DNA of 13,069 nt, from positions 1-13,069 of IMG/VR virus record IMGVR_UViG_3300045988_082792; one strand, 5' to 3'. The notes below the pieces were generated by a model, which saw only the letters and a list, made by a program, of their open reading frames with translations, did no database searches and had not been told where the DNA came from. Source of the DNA: a virus. Position numbers and translations under genes: made by a program. Below, piece after piece: positions 1 through 7,624 of this stretch; positions within the stretch are counted from its first letter, which is position 1, and every line of letters starts with the position of its first letter.

Positions 1-19
1 AAACTTGGCAAGGTAAACC

Positions 20-66
20 TGTGAACAAATTGTGAACATTTCCCCAATCTGTTCATATTTTGTTCA
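20..66. repeat. Terminal-proximal phased repeat array (mirror copy at 13004-13050)
   Basis: TGTGAACA occurs at 20-27 and 31-38. The inverse hexamer TGTTCA occurs at 50-55 and 61-66. Spacing within each pair is 11 bp. The two pairs together form an imperfect inverted repeat. Confidence 0.8.
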
Positions 67-152
67 TAATTGCAAAACTGGCATGGTTCTTGCTAGGCAA
101 CTATAACATTAAATTGTCTGACAATATCACACAAAGTCTGTCACTTATCCTG

Positions 153-181
153 TTGACATATTAGTTCATTTGGACTATAAT
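153..181 (+). promoter_or_regulatory. Inward-facing consensus sigma-A-type promoter in the left ITR
   Basis: TTGACA (153-158), 17-nt spacer, TATAAT (176-181). Both hexamers and the spacing match the consensus exactly. AGGAGG and an ATG follow about 40 nt downstream. Confidence 0.8.
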
Positions 182-228
182 AAACTCAACAAATCAATAC
201 AGCACAGCCAACTAGGCAGGAGGGTGAA

Positions 229-309
229 ATGATGAGTGAAGCAAGATTATATGAATTAGCACATGAAAAAGAACTTTGGAAAGAATTAAAAATCTTGAAC
301 ACGAAATGA
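229..309 (+). CDS. ITR-encoded micro-ORF, 26 aa (left copy)
   Basis: ATG at 229 (second ATG at 232) to TGA at 307-309. AGGAGG at 218-223 lies 5 nt upstream. Translation is MMSEARLYELAHEKELWKELKILNTK, charged and helix-like. It falls below the ORF-track size cutoff. I recognise no family. Confidence 0.45.
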   Translation: MMSEARLYELAHEKELWKELKILNTK

Positions 310-341
310 AAGAAAAAGGATTTGAATAGGAGGATTAAACC

Positions 342-620
342 ATGAAATACAATCAATATTATAACAAAGAGGTCATGAACCTTAAACAACTTACTCATGA
401 TCTTGAGAAACAAGGCTTCACTTGTGAGATATCCGAAGATGGTGATTATTTATGTGTATACTATCTTTGCTATATAGATTACATTGAAATAGCCTTAACT
501 GGCTATAAGGATTGGTCGGTAGCTTACTATCAGTCATTTAAAGGACTTAAAATCTACAAGGCATCAACAAACTGGGGTGTAATCAAGCTGCTCAGAAAGC
601 TTTTGAAAGAAGCAAAATAA
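342..620 (+). CDS. Hypothetical early protein, 92 aa (the only unique plus-strand gene)
   Basis: The ATG is preceded by AATAGGAGGA (325-334, the last bases of the ITR). The ORF ends a few nt before the terminator hairpin. I recognise no family. Confidence 0.7.
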   Translation: MKYNQYYNKEVMNLKQLTHDLEKQGFTCEISEDGDYLCVYYLCYIDYIEIALTGYKDWSVAYYQSFKGLKIYKASTNWGVIKLLRKLLKEAK

Positions 621-623
621 AAT

Positions 624-657
624 GGTAGCCCGGCATCTGCTGGGCTACCTCTCTTTT
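624..657. terminator. Bidirectional intrinsic terminator between convergent operons
   Basis: GGTAGCCC (624-631) pairs with GGGCTACC (642-649), with further inner pairs. On the plus strand the hairpin is followed by TCTCTTTT. On the minus strand the same hairpin is followed by ATTTTATTTT. It lies between the stop codons of 342-620 (+) and 656-1912 (-). Confidence 0.8.
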
Positions 658-1912
658 ACATCGTAATTGACCCTCTATGAATCTGTACCTGTGTAACGTT
701 TGTTAAAGTCCGGTAGTTATGCTTATCGTCTGAAATATCATACAAGCTCAAATAGATATGTCGACCTCGGAAGTTAAGCTGTGCAGGAATGTGAAAAAAG
801 TCACTGCCGGACTTAACGATCACGGTTGTTGGGTAGCATGTATAGCCGTTATGGTCTCCAATAAATGAAGTCGAATAGATACGCCCCAAACGGTATTCAG
901 TGCCATCACAGACAAGAGTTCCGCTGTTTGGTAGGCAAACATAGTTACCCCAGATTAAAGTGCTTGTATTTTCATTATATGAGCTTACAAAAGTCCAGCT
1001 TGCCCCAGGAGCAGGTGTAAAGTCGCCTGCTTCAAAATTTGCACTGACTTCGTAAAATGATGGGCTGCATGCCCCTGTTTCGACAGCTGTAGCAAGATAG
1101 GTAGCAAGCCGTTCCTGCCCTGTTGTGTTGGGGTGAAATCCGTCAGATGCAAGAAAGCCGTCAGCATGGAGGATATAATCTGACCCTGCCAAATACCGCC
1201 AATTCTTACGCTGTGTGTTATAAACAGATTTTGCAATCTTTAACCGATTTTGCACGTTTGGGTCATCCGTCCGGTCAACTGACCATGCTACCATAGCGGC
1301 AAATACTTTTGCATTTGGGAATCTGACCTCCGCAGCACCAATAAAAGCATTGATTGCATTTTCAATCTCTGAATAGGTTCCGAACTCATTAAACCCCCCA
1401 ACTACAAGGATCTGTTTCACGTCATCAGAAGCTGGCACAGCATTTAAAAGCATAAGGAATGAATTGGAAGCTGTCGAAAATGAAGCTCCACCATTTGCAG
1501 AAATAGTAACATTCTCAAGCCCTGTGTAATTGATAAAGTTAGTAGTCCAAGGCTGTAGATTACCATCTGGACTATAACCAACCGTGTAGCTGTCTCCGAT
1601 GATGATGGTTTTTCCGGAGTGGTCAAAAAGTCCCTCCCTTTTTTGTAACTTTGTGATCTCAGATGTATTTGTTCCAACCTGTTCTTTTAATGGAACAATC
1701 TGTTCAGTGATGACTTTTGTAGTAGCATCATTTACTACTTTTCCGATTTCTCCATCATCAAGTGATTTTTGAATAGCATCATCGATCATGGTTTGAGCTG
1801 TATCTTTTATGTGTGTCCACTCCTCATGATCTTTACTTGCCTGTTTGCCAACTTTAAGCAACCAGTCCAGGTTCATATCCTGCATAGAACTATGTGGGTA
1901 TTCAAAAAACAT
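656..1912 (-). CDS. Tail appendage / receptor-binding protein with central SGNH (GDSL) esterase domain, 418 aa
   Basis: SGNH blocks are present: IIIGDSYTVG (block I, GDS), VVGGFNE (block III, GxN) and SDGFHPN (block V, DxxH). It is the last gene after the gp9/gp10/gp11-like genes, the position of phi29 gp12. I prefer the ATG at 1912 because GGAGG lies 7 nt upstream. The ATG at 1918 is only 1 nt from the SD. Confidence 0.7.
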   Translation of the reverse strand: MFFEYPHSSMQDMNLDWLLKVGKQASKDHEEWTHIKDTAQTMIDDAIQKSLDDGEIGKVVNDATTKVITEQIVPLKEQVGTNTSEITKLQKREGLFDHSGKTIIIGDSYTVGYSPDGNLQPWTTNFINYTGLENVTISANGGASFSTASNSFLMLLNAVPASDDVKQILVVGGFNEFGTYSEIENAINAFIGAAEVRFPNAKVFAAMVAWSVDRTDDPNVQNRLKIAKSVYNTQRKNWRYLAGSDYILHADGFLASDGFHPNTTGQERLATYLATAVETGACSPSFYEVSANFEAGDFTPAPGASWTFVSSYNENTSTLIWGNYVCLPNSGTLVCDGTEYRLGRIYSTSFIGDHNGYTCYPTTVIVKSGSDFFHIPAQLNFRGRHIYLSLYDISDDKHNYRTLTNVTQVQIHRGSITM

Positions 1913-1924
1913 AATCATTCCTCC

Positions 1925-2614
1925 TTAATAAATTAATAAAAGCAGATCCTGTGCAAAAAGTCCAGTACAATAGTCAATAAAGCTTTGCTTCCTCAGACTG
2001 AGCTCAGATAGCCCCATCTGTTGCGAAGTAGTCACACCAATATTCCCATGAATACGTCCGGAATGCTTATTCTGTCCTGTCTCTCGGCTTGTTTCACCTT
2101 TTCCGTATTCAAACGTGTTTTTGTTTTCCCCAGAGCTTTGTACTTTTGTGCTACCCCCGTACTCTGTCGTTGTTTTTTCGTTCGGACTGTAGCTGGAATC
2201 ATTAAAAGCACTGACTTCATTGGTAGCTGTATCTGACCCAGAGTTAGTAGTAGTGGTTCCCTGTCCTGCCTCTGCCCTATTTACATCCTGCCCGGAACTT
2301 TGACTTGTTCGTGTCATATCCGGGCTATCTGTCCATTCTTCATGACGGTCATAGTTTTCAAGTGGTTCATACTCAGTTAAATCTAATACCTTGTATACTT
2401 TGTCTATACTTCTTTTCCACTTCCTGCTCCATGCAGGGATGGCATTCTCATGCATAAAATCCCAGTCTGGATAAAGTGGCTCACAATCCCCATATGACAG
2501 AAGCAAACTGTCGATAAAATTCTGCCTGTCGGCTGATTCAGGGAACTCCATCCTGTCAAAGAGGGTATCGTTCCATTCATAAAGTCCTGCTATCGTCACT
2601 CTATAAAGTCCCAT
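1925..2614 (-). CDS. Putative lower collar / head-tail adaptor (phi29 gp11 position), 229 aa
   Basis: The ATG is preceded by GGAGGTGA. The gene overlaps the connector gene by 14 nt. It has a Ser/Thr/Gly/Asn-rich central region. The assignment rests mainly on synteny (gp9-gp10-gp11-gp12 order), not on a recognised motif. Confidence 0.45.
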   Translation of the reverse strand: MGLYRVTIAGLYEWNDTLFDRMEFPESADRQNFIDSLLLSYGDCEPLYPDWDFMHENAIPAWSRKWKRSIDKVYKVLDLTEYEPLENYDRHEEWTDSPDMTRTSQSSGQDVNRAEAGQGTTTTNSGSDTATNEVSAFNDSSYSPNEKTTTEYGGSTKVQSSGENKNTFEYGKGETSRETGQNKHSGRIHGNIGVTTSQQMGLSELSLRKQSFIDYCTGLFAQDLLLLIY

Positions 2615-3521
2615 ATGGTTTCACCTCCGCAGTTTCATAGCTTCTGATCTTGATTGATAAGTTCATCTCCGGATAAAGTCTGTTTGTCATATCAACCCCT
2701 GCTTGCATAGTCTCAAGCCAAGTAGTGAGCCGTGTCACGGATTCTGCATCATTTTTGCTTGTTTCAAGTACATTCAGACGTTCTTTTTTATCAGATCCGA
2801 CAGATGGAATACCCACCTCTGTATCGAACTGATCCAGAAGTTTCTCAAATACCTCAATCAGCTCCGGTGCAATGAAGTTTTGCTTCAGATCTTTATTAAA
2901 GCTCTCCCAGGCTTCCTGTTTGACTCCTTGTCTGTCCTCACTTTTTATCGATACGTCAAAAGCCTCAACCGGATTACCAGCTTGTATGCTGTCATAGATT
3001 TTTTTCAACGTCTGTGCTGCTGCCTTGTTTTTTGCAGCTATCAGAAAAGCTAATTTTGAGTTGAACACGTTCATGTCAAAAGCACTTGCTACCAGTGCCA
3101 GCTTATAGCTGTAAAAACCAATGATATCTCCAATCCCACAAAAAGTAGGACTGAGATAGATGACTGAACAGTCTTTTCCAATCTCCATGTCCTCCATGTC
3201 AATCTCTGCGTTGCTTGCATACGTGTGTATAGTAGCTGTGGTTGGTTTGAAATAAATATTGTAGCCTGTCAGCATTGGATACTGTGCAATCAGTCCATAA
3301 AGGTCTGTCTTTGTGATGCAAATATACCCCCCGAAAAGCAAGCAATATTTGAAATAATCAATGTCAATAGTTCCATTATAGGTAATGTCCAAAATAGAAC
3401 AAACACGCTCATAAAGCATCCGATCAAACGTATCTGTGTATAAGCTATCTACTTTTATTCCGGATGGCTGGAAGTAATTTGTGCAAATGTTGATTTTATC
3501 GAAATTAACCGGTGTCCACAT
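2601..3521 (-). CDS. Portal / upper collar connector (phi29 gp10-like), 306 aa
   Basis: Size is close to phi29 gp10 (309 aa). The C-terminal segment GIPSVGSDKKERLNVLETSKNDAE resembles gp10 [25 protein letters not shown] as I recall it. I prefer the ATG at 3521 (AAAGAGGTGA upstream). The track start at 3530 is a GTG inside the SD. Confidence 0.8.
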   Translation of the reverse strand: MWTPVNFDKINICTNYFQPSGIKVDSLYTDTFDRMLYERVCSILDITYNGTIDIDYFKYCLLFGGYICITKTDLYGLIAQYPMLTGYNIYFKPTTATIHTYASNAEIDMEDMEIGKDCSVIYLSPTFCGIGDIIGFYSYKLALVASAFDMNVFNSKLAFLIAAKNKAAAQTLKKIYDSIQAGNPVEAFDVSIKSEDRQGVKQEAWESFNKDLKQNFIAPELIEVFEKLLDQFDTEVGIPSVGSDKKERLNVLETSKNDAESVTRLTTWLETMQAGVDMTNRLYPEMNLSIKIRSYETAEVKPYGTL

Positions 3522-3536
3522 GTTTATCACCTCTTT

Positions 3537-4883
3537 CTATTCAAAGTAAAACCCGTTATTTAGGTAGCTGTTTACCTGTTCTTGATCCCCCTCAAATCCT
3601 GCAATCTGGATAGATGCATTTCTACACTTTACAAATCCAGTCAGTCCAGATATAGAGCGTACAGTGCCATCTACAAACCCCTCACTTGCTCCATCTGGAT
3701 CCATGCTTGTACAGGCATAGGAATTAAACTCTAAAATCTGATTGTTGAGAATATTCGATATGTTCCCAACAGTTCCAAGCATAGAAATCTCTGGTGCGGT
3801 AATACTTCTGCCTGCATCTATTCCTGCTGATACTCCTTGTGCAATGTTTCCCTGTAAGCCAGCACCGACAAGGCTCACAGCTGACGTAGCTAGTTGTGCT
3901 ATGTTTGTGCTGGCATAACCGATTTGCACAGGGACTGATAATTGCAGCTGATAAGACGCAAAAACAACTTTCTTTGATTGCAAAAACACGTTGCATAATC
4001 CGCTTGTTGCATCAAACTGATATAGTGCATTTACGCTTTCATCTATCTTGTATGGATTGAGGGCAACCACTCCAATAAAAGGGAGTTTTATAAAATAGTT
4101 TGAAAAAGATGAAGTATAGTATCTAAAATCTGTAATAGCGTAAAGTGGATTGTCAAAAGCAAAAGAATACGAAAAATTAACCACTGTATCTTCATCAATT
4201 CTTTTTGCTACCACCCCACTGTCCCAAAATCCTAGTTGGATTGCTTCATCATTGCTGCTTTTAAAAGCAGATTCAACAAATGGCACCCATTTCAAATCAA
4301 CTATATATTTAAATGGGTCAAACATTAACTTTGTAATGGCATCTTGTATTACGTCAGTAAAATTTGATTCCGTGTACATAAAGTCAAGCAAGTTATTTAA
4401 TTGATCACCGTTTATATAATATGACGCAACTCCGGTTCTCGAAACTACCCGTATTATATATTGCTGTGAATATGCACTTGTCATTATTTTCTCTTTATGA
4501 GTTACATTCCTTGTGGTTAACACCCAATCATTTGTTGGGATATACATAGAGTCGTTGGCAAGCGTAGTTTGCTTACTTGATCGCTCGATAAAACATGTGT
4601 AGTTGCTGATCTCTGTCCGGTATGTTGCTAACACGTCCTCACTTGCTGAGATCTCAACCATGTCATTATTTAACGATACTGTTGAATTGATAAAATAGTA
4701 ATGGTCAGCCCATTTCAGATAGTTAAATTGCAACGCACTATCCAGTGCTAGCTTTAACTTAAATACTGGATTTTGAAAAGTGGTATTTGATTTTAAAAGA
4801 CAGGGCACAGTAGTGCCCTGTCCCGTTGGTCTTTTGGTACTGTTTTTTCTTTTGGAAAAATGATATAAGATAATTTCTGTCAT
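3537..4883 (-). CDS. Tail knob / distal tail tube protein (phi29 gp9-like), 448 aa
   Basis: A Gly/Ala/Ser-rich loop (VGAGLQGNIAQGVSAGIDAG) is followed by a C-terminal segment (FVKCRNASIQIAGFEGDQEQVNSYLNNGFYF). These parallel gp9 (GGGISAGASAAGG ... [32 protein letters not shown]). The gene sits directly upstream of the connector gene, as in phi29. The start ATG at 4883 overlaps the endolysin stop (ATGA). The track start at 4925 is a TTG inside the endolysin gene. Confidence 0.6.
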   Translation of the reverse strand: MTEIILYHFSKRKNSTKRPTGQGTTVPCLLKSNTTFQNPVFKLKLALDSALQFNYLKWADHYYFINSTVSLNNDMVEISASEDVLATYRTEISNYTCFIERSSKQTTLANDSMYIPTNDWVLTTRNVTHKEKIMTSAYSQQYIIRVVSRTGVASYYINGDQLNNLLDFMYTESNFTDVIQDAITKLMFDPFKYIVDLKWVPFVESAFKSSNDEAIQLGFWDSGVVAKRIDEDTVVNFSYSFAFDNPLYAITDFRYYTSSFSNYFIKLPFIGVVALNPYKIDESVNALYQFDATSGLCNVFLQSKKVVFASYQLQLSVPVQIGYASTNIAQLATSAVSLVGAGLQGNIAQGVSAGIDAGRSITAPEISMLGTVGNISNILNNQILEFNSYACTSMDPDGASEGFVDGTVRSISGLTGFVKCRNASIQIAGFEGDQEQVNSYLNNGFYFE

Positions 4884-5539
4884 GACAAATAGATTTCTCC
4901 CCTTGAAGTAATGGCACAGATCCAACCGGATGGAATCTTAACCCACGTTGCTCCGGCTTCATCCTTTTTGACATCCTTTACCGTGACTGTGGTTCCCTTT
5001 TTCAAGCACCCATCAGAATAAGCGTGTTTCATTCCATCTGCTGTCAGCTGTGCATACTCTTTGATCTGTCCCCAAACGGAAAAACGAACATGTAAGTGGT
5101 CAACTTTGGTTGTATAAGTTTTTCCAATCAAATAGGTCAATGGTTCTTTATATTCTTCATCCCATACCCTGCGGACGCGGACAAGATCATGCCTGCGAGT
5201 TACCGGAGAAATAACAACTCCTTTGCCCGGATTCTCTTTTGTGTTCTTACGACTACCCTGGCTTTCAATCATTTTTCCATAACCTATGTAGATAGCACAG
5301 TGAGTAACAGGAGAACCGAAGAATAAAAAATCACCGGGTTTCTCTAAACCAATCGGAATTTTCACACCCATATTTGCATAAGTTGCCGCATTATAGCGAC
5401 CAACGGATGAACCTGCCATCCTCTGAACCTGGTAAAGCAATCCGGAACAGTCAAGTCCCTGTGCAGGAGTGTTACCACCCCACACATAAGGAGTACCAAT
5501 TAAATTAGTAGCATATGCTACAAGTTCATTTGCTGTCAT
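4880..5539 (-). CDS. Endolysin: NlpC/P60 endopeptidase with C-terminal SH3-like wall-binding domain, 219 aa
   Basis: The NlpC/P60 signature PYVWGGNTPAQGLDCSGLL contains the catalytic Cys, and VTHCAIYIG contains the His. The C-terminal TTVTVKDVKKDEAGATWVKIPSGWICA region looks SH3b-like. The gene is adjacent to the holin. I prefer the ATG at 5539. The track start at 5557 is a TTG inside the holin gene. Confidence 0.85.
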   Translation of the reverse strand: MTANELVAYATNLIGTPYVWGGNTPAQGLDCSGLLYQVQRMAGSSVGRYNAATYANMGVKIPIGLEKPGDFLFFGSPVTHCAIYIGYGKMIESQGSRKNTKENPGKGVVISPVTRRHDLVRVRRVWDEEYKEPLTYLIGKTYTTKVDHLHVRFSVWGQIKEYAQLTADGMKHAYSDGCLKKGTTVTVKDVKKDEAGATWVKIPSGWICAITSRGEIYLS

Positions 5540-5546
5540 ATAGCAC

Positions 5547-5771
5547 CTACTTTCCAATCTGTTCGATTAACGTGTTCATTTTTTCCAAAGCAATCGTATT
5601 GTTTTTAATTACCTCAGAAAGTGTGTCAACTTCGTTTTTGTGTTCCTCGTTGAGTTTGTCAACTCTTGCATTAGTCTGATCGTACATGTACTTAACAAAG
5701 TATGCCATGACACAACAGCATACGATCGGAAACGCATAGTTTCCCAAGATAGTTAAAAATGTGTCCATCAT
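5547..5771 (-). CDS. Holin, BhlA/UviB-like architecture, 74 aa
   Basis: It has one N-terminal TM helix (FLTILGNYAFPIVCCCVMAYFVKYMY) and a charged coiled-coil tail (DKLNEEHKNEVDTLSEVIKNN...). It lies immediately upstream of the endolysin. The ATG at 5771 is preceded by GAGAGGAG. Confidence 0.7.
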   Translation of the reverse strand: MMDTFLTILGNYAFPIVCCCVMAYFVKYMYDQTNARVDKLNEEHKNEVDTLSEVIKNNTIALEKMNTLIEQIGK

Positions 5772-5772
5772 G

Positions 5773-6087
5773 CTAACTCCTCTCAAAATAATCACTATTT
5801 ATAGGTGCGTCTGGGACATGATCGACAAGCACTGTCGCTTGTACAGGAGTAGTTCCATTATTAACCATTGAAAATAAAGACGAATCCGGATATCCGTAAT
5901 AGCTTTCAAAATTCAATTCAACAAATCCGTTGGAAGAGTTAAATTTAATAATTGGGGTTCCGTCATAATTTAATGTAACATCATTATGAGGAGAAGATAC
6001 TATTAATCTTCTTATGCCTGTTTTTTTAAAAGGAAAATTCACAACTATAGAACCACCGGCAGGAATAGTTAATAATGCTGCTAACAT
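5773..6087 (-). CDS. Small beta-rich structural protein candidate, 104 aa (the phi29 gp8.5 position)
   Basis: The ATG at 6087 lies 1 nt after the capsid gene stop and is preceded by GGGGGAGGGGG. The track start at 6183 is a GTG lying 95 nt inside the capsid gene. Translation is MLAALLTIPAGGSIVVNFPFKK.... I recognise no family. Confidence 0.6.
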   Translation of the reverse strand: MLAALLTIPAGGSIVVNFPFKKTGIRRLIVSSPHNDVTLNYDGTPIIKFNSSNGFVELNFESYYGYPDSSLFSMVNNGTTPVQATVLVDHVPDAPINSDYFERS

Positions 6088-6088
6088 A

Positions 6089-7285
6089 TTATGCCCCCTC
6101 CCCCAGTACGTAAAGGACTGCGTTGTGTGTGAAATTATTCCAAGCGTTGAACCGGTAGTGATCAAAGATATTGTAATAGCCACCTGCTGCGTTGAATGGG
6201 GTAGCTGCTGAGTACATCCACTGATTGTTCACTCCCATTGCTCTACGATCATATAAAATACCAAGTACATATGGTAGATTTACCGCTGTCGTAGCTGTTT
6301 TGGAAACACCGGTCGCATCAATGATGTTAGGTTTAATGTTGATGGCTGGGCTGTCAAACTCCTGCCAGCCGTTTACAAGTTCTTTGTCGGCAATCTTTAA
6401 CTGTTCATCACTAAAGACTGTCGGAAATACCTGTGTTTCGGAATCAATCCAGAAATCGGTATACATAAGCAGTTTCTGGTTCTCCGGACGTGTAAAGCGC
6501 AGGATATCTTTTCCAGTCAGATTCATGTGATACTTTGTCGTGCGATCCTGCATCTTTTTGGAATCTTTTTTGATTCTTGCAACCACAAAAGCCATGAAAT
6601 CTCTGTGGTACTCCGGGCTTAAAAGCTGCTTTCTTGTCAGTTTTGTTCCATAGGCTGTATTGTACTCTTTTACAAGATCTACTTCATTTGTTCCAAGAGA
6701 GGAAATGCCTGCCATAAAGTTGAGTACCGTCAATCTGCGCTTTGCTTCATTTCTGGATTCAATATCATTATAGTAAGCAGTCATATAGCTACTTACAAAC
6801 ATGAGGAATTCTGCTTCATTTGAAAATGCTAATGCCAGCTGATCACGGAATCGTGTTATATGAGACTGTAAGACTTTGCTACCGTAGAATTTCAACTCCA
6901 CTACTTTCGGGGCATTGATCTTGTACATGTCGACCGACTGACCATCAGCAAGCTGATTTTCATTCAAATCCGTGTTCCAATCCTGTGACGCTTCTGCATC
7001 CAGTGGAAGTGAAATAATCTCACGTGTGATAGCTCCCCAGCGTTCATTATTCTCAATGATTGACCGGAATACACCGGATCTGTATTTTTCCATTTCAAAG
7101 TAGGTTCTTCCACACCACTGACTTAATGCTTTTAAAGTTGGTTCTACGCCTGTCCGCAGCATTGTTTCACCAACAGACACAAAGGAACTTGTGTCCACTG
7201 CTTTGATGTTTTCACGTCCGGTAGCCATCTTGTATAAATCATTGATGATTAAATAGGCATCCTGGACTACTAAACTGTTTGCCAT
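6089..7285 (-). CDS. Major capsid protein (phi29 gp8-like, HK97 fold), 398 aa
   Basis: The segment AEFLMFVSSYMTAYYNDIE resembles gp8 NFESFVSSIINAIYNSAE. The C-terminal RFNAWNNFTHNAVLYVLGEG resembles gp8 VSRFANAVAFVSGD. The gene has a strong SD (AAGGAGGG). The protein appears to end where gp8 continues into its Ig-like domain. Confidence 0.85.
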   Translation of the reverse strand: MANSLVVQDAYLIINDLYKMATGRENIKAVDTSSFVSVGETMLRTGVEPTLKALSQWCGRTYFEMEKYRSGVFRSIIENNERWGAITREIISLPLDAEASQDWNTDLNENQLADGQSVDMYKINAPKVVELKFYGSKVLQSHITRFRDQLALAFSNEAEFLMFVSSYMTAYYNDIESRNEAKRRLTVLNFMAGISSLGTNEVDLVKEYNTAYGTKLTRKQLLSPEYHRDFMAFVVARIKKDSKKMQDRTTKYHMNLTGKDILRFTRPENQKLLMYTDFWIDSETQVFPTVFSDEQLKIADKELVNGWQEFDSPAINIKPNIIDATGVSKTATTAVNLPYVLGILYDRRAMGVNNQWMYSAATPFNAAGGYYNIFDHYRFNAWNNFTHNAVLYVLGEGA

Positions 7286-7298
7286 TTATTTACCCTCC

Positions 7299-7610
7299 TT
7301 AATTCATGAGTTTCATAAGGTCTTCTGCTACGTTGTCAGAAGTGCGCTGTGTTGTTCCGGTTTTTCCGGATGCTGACAGGTTCCCAGCCTGCAGGGTAGC
7401 AGTCAAAGTATTGATTGCTGTCAATAACGCTGTGTTTGTTGCATCCTGCCCCGGAGTTGGAACCTGTGCAGGACTAGTCTGCTGCTGAGTACCCTGTTCC
7501 GGAGTTGGAATCTGTCCAAGTCCGGACATGCTCTGAGCATTCAGAATCCCCATGATCTCATTTTTTGTAAATCCAAGTTTTCCAAGTTCTAAAATCTGAT
7601 CTACTTTCAT
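7299..7610 (-). CDS. Putative scaffolding protein (phi29 gp7 position), 103 aa
   Basis: It lies directly upstream of the capsid gene and is similar in size to gp7 (98 aa). It has a short helical N-terminus, a Pro/Gln/Thr-rich linker and an acidic C-terminal helix. SD is AAAGGAG. The assignment is positional only. Confidence 0.5.
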   Translation of the reverse strand: MKVDQILELGKLGFTKNEIMGILNAQSMSGLGQIPTPEQGTQQQTSPAQVPTPGQDATNTALLTAINTLTATLQAGNLSASGKTGTTQRTSDNVAEDLMKLMN

Positions 7611-7624
7611 TTTTATCTCCTTTT

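Larger units (their letters stand above)
1..334. repeat. Left inverted terminal repeat (ITR), 334 bp
   Basis: Bases 1-334 are the exact reverse complement of 12736-13069. I compared them by hand block by block and saw no mismatch. Identity ends 7 nt before the ATG of the first unique gene at each end. The terminus reads 5'-AAACTTGG. Confidence 0.95.

Noticed and set aside
1-334. ITR as an assembly artefact
   Set aside because: Assembly artefacts of circular or permuted genomes give direct terminal repeats, not inverted ones. The inverted repeats here contain coherent biology (promoter, SD, 5'-AAA ends) and co-occur with a protein-primed polymerase. This still deserves a read-mapping check.
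186-413. 75-aa minus-strand ORF spanning the ITR boundary
   Set aside because: It is antisense to the micro-ORF and to the start of the 92-aa gene. It has no SD and would be transcribed toward the genome end with no promoter. Its low-complexity Phe/Leu/Ile-rich translation is typical of the antisense frame of AT-rich coding DNA.
1913-6183. Longer N-terminal extensions given in the ORF track (starts at 1918, 3530, 4925, 5557, 5795, 6183)
   Set aside because: The starts at 3530, 5795 and 6183 are GTG, and those at 4925 and 5557 are TTG. All of these lie inside the upstream gene or inside the SD. The ATG at 1918 is only 1 nt from its SD. In each case a downstream ATG has a properly spaced SD and gives tight, non-overlapping or ATGA-coupled gene packing.
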